Assembly (NCBI GenBank): GCA_028534125.1
Contig: CM052817.1
Location: 106,146,001-106,210,000, forward strand
Direction of reading: 5' to 3'
DNA length: 64,000 nt
DNA from: Lama glama
Lineage: Eukaryota
Position 1 is the first letter of the stretch. Each line of letters begins with the position of its first letter. Made by a program: the position numbers and the translations under genes. Of this stretch, positions 13,721-27,285 are shown in pieces. The notes under the pieces are model-generated. The model saw only the letters and a list, made by a program, of their open reading frames with translations, did not search any database and was not told the origin of the DNA.

Positions 13721-14220
13721 NNNNNNNNNNNNNNNNNNNNNNNNNNNNNNNNNNNNNNNNNNNNNNNNNNNNNNNNNNNNNNNNNNNNNNNNNNNNNNNN
13801 NNNNNNNNNNNNNNNNNNNNNNNNNNNNNNNNNNNNNNNNNNNNNNNNNNNNNNNNNNNNNNNNNNNNNNNNNNNNNNNNNNNNNNNNNNNNNNNNNNNN
13901 NNNNNNNNNNNNNNNNNNNNNNNNNNNNNNNNNNNNNNNNNNNNNNNNNNNNNNNNNNNNNNNNNNNNNNNNNNNNNNNNNNNNNNNNNNNNNNNNNNNN
14001 NNNNNNNNNNNNNNNNNNNNNNNNNNNNNNNNNNNNNNNNNNNNNNNNNNNNNNNNNNNNNNNNNNNNNNNNNNNNNNNNNNNNNNNNNNNNNNNNNNNN
14101 NNNNNNNNNNNNNNNNNNNNNNNNNNNNNNNNNNNNNNNNNNNNNNNNNNNNNNNNNNNNNNNNNNNNNNNNNNNNNNNNNNNNNNNNNNNNNNNNNNNN
14201 NNNNNNNNNNNNNNNNNNNN
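13721..14220. other. Assembly gap (500 N)
   Basis: Exactly 500 N. Confidence 1.
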
Positions 14221-15431
14221 GTGGGAAAAAAAATCCTTAAATATATAGTCTCTGAAATGTTCAGAGAGTTTTTTAACCTTAGGTTAATTTAGATGTTTAT
14301 CTGATTTCGTAAAGAGATGGCAAGGTTAGTAGAAAGATGGGAGAGATATTTTTCACTTTATCCTATTTTATATTTTAGATACACTGACTACAGAATGTGT
14401 GCATGATGCAAGAAATTAAGTAAATAATTTGAAAATAGGTGACAGTATCCACAAAGCATTGCCAGTGTCCAATGCAAAGCTGTTTGCCTGCCTCTCTAGG
14501 TCACACGGTAATCAAGAAGTGAAGAAAAGTCAAAAAGTATCTGAGCTTAAACAAGCCCTGATAGGTGGTTCTCAAAACAGAATGTGTGAAGAAGTGGGAG
14601 GGAGTAATTATGTTCTGATGAAGGTACCAGGCAGTAATTCACTATTACAATCACTGAAGTAATTACATTAATTAAGAAACTGTCCCAAACTTATGAAAAC
14701 AGTGGATATGTAGCCATCAGCTAAAAAAAAAATACATAAATAAATTTCTTTTAAAAAATCAATAATAATACACAGAGATAAGGGTATTCTATCTGAACTT
14801 TGCTAATTTCAACGGGGAAGGTTATTCACATAGTAGAAAAAACTGCCAAATAAATCATTGGGGTTTTGCTTTTAAATAGCATGAGAGTTGTTTGAAAATG
14901 CAAGCAAAATTCAGTCAGATGTGGACTAATTCAGAATTAGAGAAATCAGTGGCTCTACAGTCATCAAATCGAAGAGACAAGAATTAAGATCACATTTTGG
15001 CTACACAAGTAGCCCTGAGCAATTAAAGAACTGATCGCGTTTGGCTTCATTTTAGTTTATTCTGATCTGTCTTCTAGTTCTACTGACTTAAAAGCAGTAA
15101 TTTTTCCAGCTTCATTGCTCTTTTGCAAATTAATCTACCACTGCCCGAAACTGTAAACAAATTCTTTGGAACAGACTTGTTGTTGTTTAGAGTTAAATGA
15201 TGACCCACATTCACGTGTACATTTGTATCTTCAGTTAATACCACTCACGTTTATTTTTTGTTTGTTTTTGCTTAAGTAAAAGCTACTTATTTCAACAACA
15301 TTTAAGAAACTGTCATTTCCATTAATTAATATTACTAATATGAGCTCTCTTCCTCATGGCTCATCTGTGCTCAAAGTTATTTTTAAAACAATTCCTATTG
15401 ATTTGGAAGCCATTATAAAAATCTAGCCAAG

Positions 15432-16148
15432 AATCAACAGATATATGGATAAAGAAGATGTGGTGTACATATATATGTGTGGAATACTACTCAACCATAA
15501 AAAGAATGAAGTCATGTGTAACTGAAAAATTGTGCTCTACACTGGAATTTGATACAACATTGTAAAATGACTATAACTCAATAAAAATGTTTAAAAAATA
15601 ATAGAGAAAATAAAAGATTCATTGGGCACTTGGAAGAGAAAGTACCAGGTCTTCTGGTGTCTAATTATGCAGTTTCAATAAACCGTTATTTCCCCATGAA
15701 AAAAAAAAAAAGAATGAAGTAATGCTATCTGCAGCAACATGGATGGACCAGGAGATTATAAATGAAGTAAGTCAGACAGAAAAAGATAAATGTAATATGA
15801 TATAACTTACATGTGGAATCTAAAAAAATGATGTAAGTGAACTTATTTAGAAAACAGAAACAGACTCAAGACATAGAAAACAAAGTATGGTTACCAACGG
15901 GGAAAGGAGTTGGGAGGAGGGATAAATGAAGAGTTTGGGATTAGCAGATACAAACTACCATATGCAGAATAGATAAACAACAACGTCCTACTGTATAGCA
16001 CAGGGAACTCTATTCAATATCTTATAATAACCCTGCAACAGAAAATAATCTGAAAAATAATATATGTATATATATAACTGAATCACTGTGCTGTACATCA
16101 GGAACTAATGCAACATTGTAAATCAACTATACTTCAATTAAAAAAAAA
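15432..16148 (+). mobile_element. L1 3' end (host element, interrupted by a younger insertion)
   Basis: TSD aaaaatctagccaag (15417-15431) / aaaaatctaactaag (16144-16158); L1 3'UTR motifs and poly(A). Confidence 0.9.
15513..15706 (+). mobile_element. Nested short L1 3' end carrying a ~100-bp 3'-transduced segment
   Basis: TSD aaaaagaatgaagt (15499-15512 / 15707-15720); L1 terminus with AATAAA at 15580-15585, non-L1 sequence at 15599-15698, second AATAAA at 15677-15682, poly(A) from 15699. Confidence 0.85.
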
Positions 16149-16449
16149 TCTAACTAAGTTTCAAAGAAGTTGTATCCAGGAGGATGAAGCAAAGCCACAA
16201 CGTGTGTGTTTTATATTTTACGTTGTGTAGAAACGTTGAGTCAAATGCAATCATTTTGAAAGCTATGAGTGATTTTCTTTCCATTTCTGATTCTCTGTCT
16301 CCACATACAAGTGAACTAAACATTGATAATTCTTTCATTAACTAAATATATGTTAGACCTTTTGAGGTCAATTACATACTAGATTAAATACTAGAGAATC
16401 TCTGTATCTTACACAAACATGGACAATTATCTGATTGGAGAATATTTCC

Positions 16450-17005
16450 ACTTTCTGTTACATGGGAACTGCTCCCTCTTAGGGGAAACTGGAACACTGA
16501 AGGGAGGTGGTGTTGGCTAACTGCCCGTCCTCCCAGAAGATAAGACTCTGGTTAAGTAATTTCACTTGGACAGCAGACCTTCCTTATGGAGAACACCCTG
16601 GACATATTTCAGAATGGTTGCTTTACCCTCTCCCTGCTCAAAACACACAGGGATTTGTCTTGGCTCTAAACCTCGGGAAACCAGTGGGGTTCCAGGAGGT
16701 AAAAAGAAACCCTGAGTAAACAGGCATTTCTCAGTCTCAAACTCATCCATACTCAGCCTCCAGCAACGTGTGAAGATGCTCATCTGAATGTTGCTATCGG
16801 TTCCTGTCATGCAGGACTGTGGCTTCAACCAGTTCTCCATCATAAGTCTCTGTTTTGCCTGGGACCATATTTTGAGGTGGTGGTTTGCTCCATAGTATCA
16901 ATTATTTGACGGATCAAAGAAAAGTGGCTCATTTTCATTTTGTTTAGCTTTTCGCTTGTAACAGTGGAAGTGATGGGCTTTTTACAGGTCGGAGCTGAAA
17001 CTGGA
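16450..17005 (-). mobile_element. Old L1 5' region (L1MD/L1M4-like)
   Basis: ggtttgctccatagtatcaattatttgacggatcaaagaaaagtggctcattttcatttgtttagctt resembles antisense old L1 5' ends. Confidence 0.55.
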
Positions 17006-18044
17006 ACTCTGCACGCTAAACTTTAAATGCGTTTTCAAAAGATAATTTCACAAAAAGAAAATAGTAAGTCGATATCAACAGAGAGGCAGACATCAACAAA
17101 TATTTGTAACTTCTGTGCTTCAAAATCACCACCCAGTTTTTTTGTTGATAGCATAAATCTTTTCTTGGGGGGCAAAAGCCTTGACATACATACTTTCCTC
17201 TTCCCAAATATGTAAGCATATTTTGAATTAAGGTAATTATTAAGTATGTTTAGGTCTTTAGAAAATAGCACATTTTAGTTTATTTTTATAATTTCTCTAA
17301 AATGTTCATATTTTATTTTTTATAGAATAGACACATTTTTACTGTAATTCATATTACAAATTTAGTGTTCACATTGTCATGATTTTATTTTTTCCAAGAA
17401 CAGCTATACATTTGTTCTAAAGGAGATCATATATTTCACTCACAGCCCTCCTATATCTTTTCAAAATAGAGGTATGATTTTCCTTCTAACAAATGTCATT
17501 ATTTGTATAGCTATTTGCTTCCATATAAGAATCAAAAATCTGTTTACTAAAACAGCTTGAAATGATACTCTATGATTTTACAAATAGCACTGGAAAGATA
17601 AGAGAACAATGAAAACATAGTAACTATACAAATACATATGTAATGTTATTTCTGTGATTCTTAAATTTTATAGTGACTCAGTCCAGCCCCCATATGGTGT
17701 CTTGAGTTGCCAAGAATAAGATTATAAAATGTGACATGAGAAAATGTGGTAAGAAATGGATATTTCACAGTTCCTTTCTTCTGCAGATGTTTTCCATCCT
17801 CCCAGAAACAATCACATGGCTTCCATGGGAAGGAGAGAAAAGTGCGGGGCATTTGAGGGATGCTATATTAAGCACAAAAGTATTCAACATTCAAAAGGAA
17901 GTGATTTGTGTTCTAGACACTGTCTTTTAAGATTCTACCTCTAAATGTAAAAAATTGTTATTGCAATCTGTCAACAAAACATAGACCTAATGGATCTAAA
18001 AAAACTGTTTACAATTTAATTTATTATTTAAACAGAAAACAATA

Positions 18045-18490
18045 AAATGCTAGTAGCCCAAATAAGAAACACGATGTCCATCAGCATGCGAATGATAAAT
18101 AGTTTGTACAGTCCATAATGGAATAGTAGTCAGCAATTAAAAGAGAAGAAGTTACACACATAACACCCTGGCTAAGTCTTAAAAACCTTATGCTGAGTGA
18201 ATAAAGCCATGCACCAAAGAGTAGTTATGAATCCATTTGTACAAAGATCTTAAAAAGGCAAAATTAATCAACTTACAGGGCCAAAAACTAGGTCAATAGA
18301 TGCTTGGGTCCTGGGACTGAGATAATGGTTAGGCACAAGGAGGCATGAAGAAATTGCTGGAGTGGAGGAATTTCCTACAGCTTGATCGCAGTGGCTGCAG
18401 TGTCAGTGCGTACCTTTCTAAATGCTTCTTGAGAATATCACTGAAAATGGGTGCAGTTTACTATATATAAAATAGATTTCAAAAGCACAA
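18045..18490 (+). mobile_element. Old L1 (L1MB/L1ME-like) 3' end
   Basis: atgtccatcagc...aatggaatagtagtcagcaattaaaa...cttatgctgagtgaataaagcc...aaaatgggtgcagtttactatat. Confidence 0.8.
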
Positions 18491-18709
18491 ACAAAACAGA
18501 ATGATAAGAATTACTTAAGTTGTCAAGATTCTATTTAGCACATTGGGTTGTAAGATTTTTAAATCATTGCAAAAATAAATATACATCTTCTTACCTTAGA
18601 GTTTTAGAAAAATAAATTGATGAAATGTAATTATTATGACTAATTATTTTTATGTTCTTAATGATGCTAAGAGCTATTATAGAGATATAAGAAAAATGGG
18701 AGCAAGTTA

Positions 18710-19230
18710 GAATGAAAATAGGAAAAAGACTTTACAGTATAATTTATAAGAGAAAAATGCAAATAACTAATGAACATATAATAAATGTTCAGCCTCACTA
18801 ACTATATCTCCAAGTGCCACTTATGCCTTTTCAAACTACAAGTTCTGCCCCTTAAATTGCTGAAGTTTTATTATTTCTTTTTTTTTCTTTATCATTTAAA
18901 AATAATAAAACCTATGATATCCAGGGCATAGAGAAATAGATAATCACATATAAAAATGTTATGTAAAGTGCTAAAACATGAGTATATAGCTTGGCAGTAT
19001 ATATTAAAAGTAAGTATCCTCACTGTCATTCTAGGAATTCATACAAAGCATTAAAATGTGCTTAAGTTATTAGCTATAAGATACTGAAAAAGAAGTCAAA
19101 ACACTAGTAAAAAGCAAACTGAACATCAGAAGCACAACAATTTCAAAACAATTTAAAGCATATTTTATACTAGATTTGCACAATCATTCATAGTAATATA
19201 TTAGAGAAGCATTGTTATTAGTCTGTATGG
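18710..19230 (+). mobile_element. Very old L1ME-like fragment
   Basis: gaaaaatgcaaataactaatgaacatataataaatgttcagcctcactaa. Confidence 0.5.
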
Positions 19231-22227
19231 TCATATTTTATAATATTTGTGTGTATGCATAAAACTATATAATATGTATTTACAGAAGAAAGGTACATAA
19301 ATCATGTGAAACCCTGATGGACACAAATTACATGCTTCAGGATATATATGGAAATCTTGTGGCATTAAGGGAGAAATATTTTTCTTTTGATATTTAAAGT
19401 AATGAAAGTAAAGTTGGCAAAAATTTTCGAAGCAGCATATATTGAATAATAAAAAAAATAGTTTTACTTTATTTCTTCCTCTTCTAATTTTGGACTGCAG
19501 TCCCTAATTCATTTATATGTTTGAAAGGACATAAACTGTCTTCAGTAAAACTGAGTCTTTTCTATTGTACATCAATCTGATAGAGTTTTGTGTTGAGTTT
19601 TCAAACATGATGTATCCTCTATAATGAACATTATATGTATTGTGTATGTGTGTGTGGTGTGCATGCAGGTATATGCTTTACATAACCTCTATCTTCTACC
19701 TATCTCCCTATATTCATCTGTCTGTCTGGGGACCCTGGGTTCTTCAATGTCGTCATGTTTCCTGCCATCTCTCTTGGGCAATTCTGTCCTTCCTCTTTAT
19801 TTTCTCACCAGGTCCTCCGATGCATATCACATCATATAAATGTCAGAATTCAGAGTCATGCAAGAAAGTGACCTCTTTGAATTGAGTCTTACTGGATGAA
19901 AAACTGCAAAATCAACGGTCCTTCCTGTGCACCACTTGAAATAATGTAGATTCATAAAATGATAACAAAACTAACCATAAGAAATATTATGGTTGTATCT
20001 TTTGCATAACCATGTGTCACCTCTTCTGGTGATCAAAATGAAAGAGTCACTTCTGGCTCATTGTTACAAACCACATTTCAGACACCAAAAACTGTGTGTC
20101 TGTGTCTAGAGTGCACATTATCTCCTGTGATTTTAACAAGTATGTAAATGAAGATAAACGGCAGTACAAAGACATATAATGTCTCTTGTAGAAGACATAC
20201 GGAGAATATTTATTTTGCAATTATACATACAATGCTTGTTCTTGCTCGAGAACTGAAATGTGGTTATTGTTGTAAATGAGGCAGAAAGTAATTAATTGTG
20301 GTGCATTTAATTTGCATGGAGAGCTTAACTCTCTGGAAGTGTTATAGTTAATAGGAATTTTTAAGCCTTTTTCCCTCTCACCATGGTTACTACATTTTGT
20401 GTGTCAGTCTCCAGAATCAGTGCCCGTCGCAGACAACTTTTATTGGAGTAAACACGGCTATGAATTAAACCCCTTGATAATTAGAAAGACAGCATCACAC
20501 CCTAGTATTTTTTATGTGAAACAGTGTAACACGATCATCTATAGACAAAGAGAAGAAGGAATCTTTCTTCTTCAGTCTGACAGAAGAAGAAAGAAGACTA
20601 TCTTCCAACTACAGGTAGACACACAAGTTTTTCCTTCAAAAAAAAAGTCTCTGTCTTGCAACAATGAATACTGAACATGATCTGGACTAACACATTCCAG
20701 AGCAGTAGAAAGAACACCACCACCTGGGACGGTCATTTAAGAAATAATTATTATCTCATGGCGTAAAACCAGAAACCACATAAAATCTTAAGTAAGTTTT
20801 CTTGTAAAAAATGGATTTCCAGAAGGTTTTCACTGGTTGTAGAAAAAGAAAAATCCAATGGTATCGATCTCTTTATAAATTGCATTTTTGTGATGTATTA
20901 TACTATCTATAATTTTGAATGTAGTTTATTCCTTTCTATGAACTACACTTGACATTTCATAAAAATCGCAATCTTCCATTTTAAAGCTACCTACCACGAT
21001 GGTTGTCATCAATAACGGTTTTATTTCAAGGCAGTCCTAAATTCAAATTCTACCTTAGTTCAATTTTTCAGTCTCAATTTGTTCTCCTCAAATATTGACC
21101 TCAAGTGGAAAATTCAACTCCTTTGACTCCTTAGGATTATTTCGATTTCTAGAATAGCGGTTTCAAAGAGGGTTATCTCAGTCCCACGAGCCTCGGTTCA
21201 CCTTTGCTGGCAGATACCTCCCAGGTGTGTCCAGAACTGGGCTCAACTTGGATCTTGTGAAACCTCACCTCCTTCCAGGAGACAGACTGGGTACTCTCCC
21301 TTGAACTGCAAACACTGCATGCTGTGTTGGATTCCGGAATTCAGTTCTGTCTGTCTCTCTGTAAATGTAACTATGAACACCTCACAATCACAGGACTTGT
21401 GCAAAATGTGTCCTCCATGACTGTCTGTTGAGCTCCCTTATCCGGATCTTTCCTGATACAGTGGTTTGGGAACTTCAGACCTAGCAGAGGAGTCCAGAAC
21501 TCACCCCCGTTTCCCCAGAGTTCGTCCATTTCACTGCAATTAACCAGACCTTTTCAAAGGAAGGTTCTGAAGCATGGCATTTAAAAATACTGATGCGAAC
21601 AGACTTTCGGAAAATTTGGCATGATGTGGTGGTAACAAGTGATCACTATCAGGTTAGGCTTGAGTTAGCTGTTAGGGACCCTTCTGCGCTATTATAATTA
21701 TCTTGGTCTTGGTTCCTGCATAGAGTGTTTGCCTTTTGTTTTGTTTATTGATTACATACTGCTCCTTGGTGGGAGGGAGAGGGCCAACGTGCTTAAAAAT
21801 AAACCTACTTTCATAATTCTTAACCTTGGATCCATGCTTCCAGTTTTTATTCCCATAGAGGCATTTCTTTTAAACTTAAATATAATTGATTGAAAAAAGA
21901 AGTAATTGATATTGAAAAATAAGAAGATTTAGGGACTTGCAAAGTGCAGTTACATATTAGCCCCACGTGTTTCCAGCACAATCACATTAGCAGTTGTTTT
22001 CTGATTTCTGCTTTGACACCCTACTGTCTTCTGAACTCCAACACACTCAAGTCTCAACTTACTGTATTTTCATTGAATAATCTGCACATTTCCTAAAGCT
22101 TTCCAGTTCTGGTAATACCATATTTGGAAAAAAAATGGAAACATTCATCTTTGTTTCTTCTACAATATAAAATAAAAAATAAGAAAGAAAGAAGCAGATT
22201 TAGGGCAATGTGCCATTTAATTCTCAC

Positions 22228-22400
22228 ATCAGTCATTCATTTAAGAATACATTTTTGAGTGTCTAGGCAGGAGTTGGTATTATTTTAGATCTGGGAATAC
22301 AGAAGTGAATAAAGTGTGTAAGTCCCTCACCGAGTGGTGGAGAGAGCTAGTCAATAACAAGAAATGTACATACAGTCTGTCAGCTTGCGGGAAATGCCCC
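22228..22400 (-). mobile_element. L2 3' end
   Basis: cattcattt...atttttgagtgtcta...ctgggaatacagaagtgaataa. Confidence 0.7.
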
Positions 22401-24102
22401 AGGCTGACTTCTAGGGGGACAAATGAGAAACATTTATTTCAGTCAAGAACCATTCTTCCTCAGTGTATGGCTAATCCTCTACGTTAGCCTGCGAAAAAAT
22501 ACAAGAAAGTGAAACAGTCTAAAGCTAGTACTTCCTGAGCCACATAACTGAAATGTTAACATTGAGACGAAATAGTCTGGATTGAGGCCACAACGTTCTC
22601 AGTCAGTCCCTTTCTGCCTCCATCACAATATGACATGGCTGAAACGCATGTGTGCACATTCTAAAGAACTCTCTACCCTCGTGCTAAATAAATGCAAGAA
22701 AGTAACAAGTGAACAACTGGACAACAACGAAACAATCCTAAACCAGAGAAATCCATATCCAACTTGCCGAGGATACTGCAGTCATGTGAAGGCATGGTAA
22801 GTGAAGATATTTGCTAAAAATCACCTGCCCATAACAACCTTGTGCATTGTTAGGCATGATGGCTGTATTAGAGATAGCTAGCTTCTTTTGCCATGTTTTA
22901 TCCTGAAGCGTCTGTATTTCAGAGACTATCTTTCATGTATTTTTGCATAGGTACACATAGTGAACATGCTCTTTTCTGAGAAGGTGTTTCTCAAAGTGGA
23001 ATAAGTCCTTCATCTCACTGAAGGGAAACAGAATATGGAACCAGAAACTGTCAGATTATATTTCACTTTTTAGGTTCCTTGTCAATGGAAAAATAAAAAA
23101 CAAAACATAAAATCTCTAGTGTCCAGTTTCACCCAAGTTGTGCTTATTACATACAAAAGATTCCTATTACGAAGATAAGTATCTTGTGGGTCCTCAGGCA
23201 ATGTTATTTACATTTCCTTACCCATCTATTTCGGCTAGGAATTAGTTGGCAAACTGGTCTCCAACCTGTCACCTGATCTATACTTCTTACATATAAATAG
23301 TAACTTGTAGAGAGTTTACTATTCAAAAAAGGAAACATATTTGCCTCCTTGAAAATAGCACTTTTATCAATGTCAAGTTCAGAAGTCAAACTGCTCTGAA
23401 AGACAATTATCCTTTTCTGTAATCATTTTAGTTTTAGCCCCTGTCCTACCTGGTTACTTCGTCCAGGATAAATTAGGTACATAGTATGTACTCAATTAAA
23501 TCGTATTAATACATTGCCTGATGACTTCAGACATTATTCTAAAATAAACTGTTGTATTATGTATAACTCTACTCAGGTATTTGCACTCCCTTGAACTCTC
23601 GAATGTAGGCTTCTGTCAAAATACATCATATTTACACAAAATGCAGAGATCTGACTAAAACAGTATGTGACAAAGAGGGGTCCCTAGATGAATTTAAAAG
23701 GAGAGATGATAAGGTATGAATGACAGGAAAGGATGAGTATTTTCACAGCATAATTTTAAGAAAACAGGGAACTCAAAGAAACGATTAGAATTTTGGAAAT
23801 TGAGTGACAGAAATTTTCCAAATGACAGTGAATAGGCAAGTCAAAAAACGAACAAGAATATTCTCTTTGGGAAAGCGGTAGGAGGATTGTATTTTATAAC
23901 ACTTTGTATGATAGAAACAGAAACAGAGAGACAAGGTGGTGTCAAAAAACACCGAAAAAATAATATTGCTGTATTTAAGAACAAATTCTGAGTTTTTTTC
24001 ACAACATGACTGTTGGAATTAAAGATGGTAAGGGTGAAGAGAAGTGACCTTTGAGGTAACTAATTTTAATTGAACTAGTTGATAGACTTCCATATATATA
24101 TT

Positions 24103-24379
24103 CTTTTTTAATTGAAATTTATATATGTTAAACATTATAAAATCTGAAATTCAATGGCGTCCAGTTCATTCACAATAGTATGAAACCACTACCTCTCTCT
24201 ATGTTTCAAACTTTCCCATCACATCAAAAAACATCCTGCATAATAAGTAATTACTTCTGTTCCTACCTGCCTTATCCCAGGGTCACAAAAAATCTGCTTT
24301 CCGTCTCTACGGGTTTGCTTATTCTGGGTATATCATGTAAAATCAATCATACAACATGTGATCTTTGATGCCTGGCTTC
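24103..24379 (-). mobile_element. L1MB-like 3' end
   Basis: ttcaatggc...tcacaatagtatgaaaccactacctct...aatctgctttccgtctctacgggtttgcttattctgggtatatcat. Confidence 0.85.
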
Positions 24380-25311
24380 AGAAGAGAAGTGGCAATTTAA
24401 ACTAAAGCATTCACACCAAAGTAATCTGAGAAAACATGAAGAAAAATGTTAGAGGAAGGTCTCTGACAAAAATAAACAGAGTAGAATTTTTGCTCTAGTC
24501 AATGTCATTGTCTGATTACTTCAACTACTTTAAAAATTTTTTTGGAATAACCAATGTGATTTATCAACTTTGAGTCAATTGGTCATGGACGTAATGTAAA
24601 TAACCCAGCAGGAATCTTAAAGGGGCAAAGAACACGGTGAGGGGCAAGAGGCAGTTTGTCACCCAGGCTGGTTTACACAGCATTTGGGGATAAAATATTA
24701 AATAATACATATCAAACTATGTTGCAAATAATAGTAATTTATTAATTAGAATTATTTGTAGTTATTTGATGCCTATTCACAGATCAACATCAATTTTCCT
24801 CTCATCAAATCACCGAAACAGTATCTGTTGCAAACAAATCTCCTTAGGACACAAATACTTCTCTATGAATCATCCAGGGCCAAAACAAGAGAGATGATCT
24901 TATTTCTTCTTAAACAGAGACCCGTTCTGAGAATTTACTTGTGAGGTCAGAGTAAACAGTATCAGAGCTCTGATCCCGAATCCCTGAAATTGCTGCGGTG
25001 TCTCTGTGGCCAACAGCAAGGAAACACACCCCTTTTCTGAGCTTTTTAGAGTTTCACTACACAGCAGACTTGGAAATGATTTTCTAAGCGATCATTCTGT
25101 TCCAAGTATTAAGGAAGACCAACTGGGTTTACCTGCCATGCTCAGAGTTATAGGATCACTAGTACCACTTAAAAATGGGTATAAAATTAAAAAACTGGTT
25201 TCATACACTGATTAATTATAATAACTTTTCCATTAAATCCAAACCTCATTAAAACATAAGCATATTAAAATGTCCTTTGTATGTCAGATTTGAAAAATAA
25301 ATGAATAAGTA

Positions 25312-25455
25312 GGGGTGGGTATAGCTCAGGGGTAGAGCATGTGCTTAGCGTGCATGAGGTCCTGAGTTCAATCCCCCGTACCTCCATTAAAAACTAAAGT
25401 AAATAAATAAACCTAATTACCTCCCACCCCTCAAACAAAAGAAAAATTAAAGAAA
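25312..25455 (+). mobile_element. tRNA-derived SINE, camelid Vic-1 type
   Basis: ggggtgggtatagctcaggggtagagc (A box), gagttcaatccc (B box), tail aaataaataaacctaattacctccc and A-rich end. Confidence 0.85.
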
Positions 25456-26244
25456 AATGAGTAAATGAAGGAAGGAAGGAGCGTATGAAGTACACTCGGT
25501 AAGTAGAGGCCTCTGTAAGACATGGTTTTCAGGTTAATTAAAGAATAAAAACTATTATTATTTCTATGGGTGCAATTCCTTATTCATGAAGAAAACTTCT
25601 CCTAGAAATTTTTTTTCTATTTTCCCCTCCAGACAATTTGACTTGCTCGAATATCAAAGTCTTATTTTTCAACATATATTTAAAATGCCATTGGATTTTT
25701 AATGACCTTCATCATCCTCCTCCGTAAGACTGACACATTCTTCCTCTGGGTGTCTTTCTACCTGAGTTTTCTCCATTCATAGACTTGTCAGTACTCTATC
25801 CCATTTACGACTGAAATTGGTCCTTAGAGATACGCCTCCTGTCCTGCAAACCACACAAGGACAGGCGTGCTGTTTACCACTTTTGTCTCAGTAATTGTAA
25901 TAGTGAATGGCACCCAATTGCCACTCACTATACGTCTGTGGAAATAATCACAATATGCAAACGGATGAAGGGGAATATTGGGGGAAAAGTGATGTGATGT
26001 TCTACACACTTAATGAGGGTCTGTAGTGTTTTTAAAAATCAATTACTAGTACTTACAATTATTTTCATCCTTGAATCTATGCTATTATTTTTCGGTCCCC
26101 CATTGACTCACATCTTTGGGATTCAGTCTGGACTCTGGAAAATTTTACTGGAGATCTTCTTTCTTCCACCTGCTTTCTGAGAAGATTGTTTGAGGTGATT
26201 TCCTGGTCCTGTATCCAATGGCCAAAACGTTCTCAGAAGTGAAG

Positions 26245-26651
26245 GCTTTGGGGTATGTTGTGGGATCCTCCTCCACTGGCTGTGCACCCATCTCCTGGAT
26301 GCCATGAATGTTGGCTGCTAGGGCTGACAGATACCCCTTCTCTAGAAGAACACTCTCAGTCTAACTGGGATAAGCTACCCTGGGAAGTGAAGCCCCCTGC
26401 ACCATGTCCGGGCACTCAATGCCCAGCAAATGACTGAAAGGGTAAAAGTTCTTCCTTGGTCTCAAAACGTGAAAAGCTTGTGTTGGGATCTCCTTGTGGG
26501 ACCAGAAGGATGCTATTCTCCAGACAAGACCTTAATTATCTCTCTTCCTCCATCCTGCTTCTGTTACTTCCCTGTCTCAAAGCACCACATGCAACACATC
26601 CCATTCACAATAATCCCCAAACTGGACTGCTGAGGAGTCTGACCTGATACA
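26245..26651 (+). mobile_element. ERVL LTR (LTR16-type)
   Basis: tgtgcacccatctcc...tgttggctgctagggctgacag...cccttctctagaagaa; ends tgacctgataca. Confidence 0.75.
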
Positions 26652-27285
26652 ACTCATCTCTGACAAAGGCTTATGAATCAAACTCTAAAGATGGCATTGA
26701 TCTGGGAATAGGTCATTCTTCAGCTGGATTGCAAAGAGGCTTCCATCACTGGTTGAGTGAATAAAAGGGCTATCAATCCGATTTTTCGTGATGCACTTTT
26801 CACCTGGGGAGACCCGTCATGGACTGCAGGTATAGAGAGATACTCTAGCTTGAACGTTATCCCTTGTCTTGAGGGGGCTGTAGGTAATAGCACACATAAA
26901 GCAGTGTAAAAATGGATGGCTTTTAATAAATGACACTGTTACACTTCAGAGATAAAAAAGACAGGCTTAGATCAATTAAGCAGCAAATTAAAGCCAAGTC
27001 TATGTGCCACAGGGGTCTGGGGCATCATCAAAGGGACACTCAGCTGTTGCAGCTGGAAGGCCAACCAAGCTGAAAGCCACAATTTGACCTAATTTAATTG
27101 TTAGAGTGGCAGAGTGTCACAACTTCTGAATTCCCAGACTCGGGGTTGCTCTGTTATCCATCAGGACCATTAGAGGGAAATACTGGAATACTGAGATTTG
27201 GGATGGGGGTATACACAGAGAGAGATTTTTAAAGAAAATTAAATTTCCAGATTTTCCTGGACCCTCCAAGCCTGCAGGACTGATA
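26652..27285 (+). mobile_element. ERVL internal region (ERV3-16A3_I-like; leader and decayed gag start)
   Basis: Directly follows the LTR; actctaaagatgg...ccatcactgg...actttcacctg...gcagctggaagg...ttaattgttagagtggcagag. Confidence 0.7.

Noticed and set aside
13710..14292. Long ORFs of 176 and 192 aa
   Set aside because: Artefacts of translating the N gap
20310..20317. Octamer ATTTGCAT
   Set aside because: Expected by chance in AT-rich 64 kb; no snRNA or immunoglobulin promoter context
25312..25385. Functional tRNA gene
   Set aside because: Followed by a SINE-specific tail and A-rich end, with no proper acceptor stem
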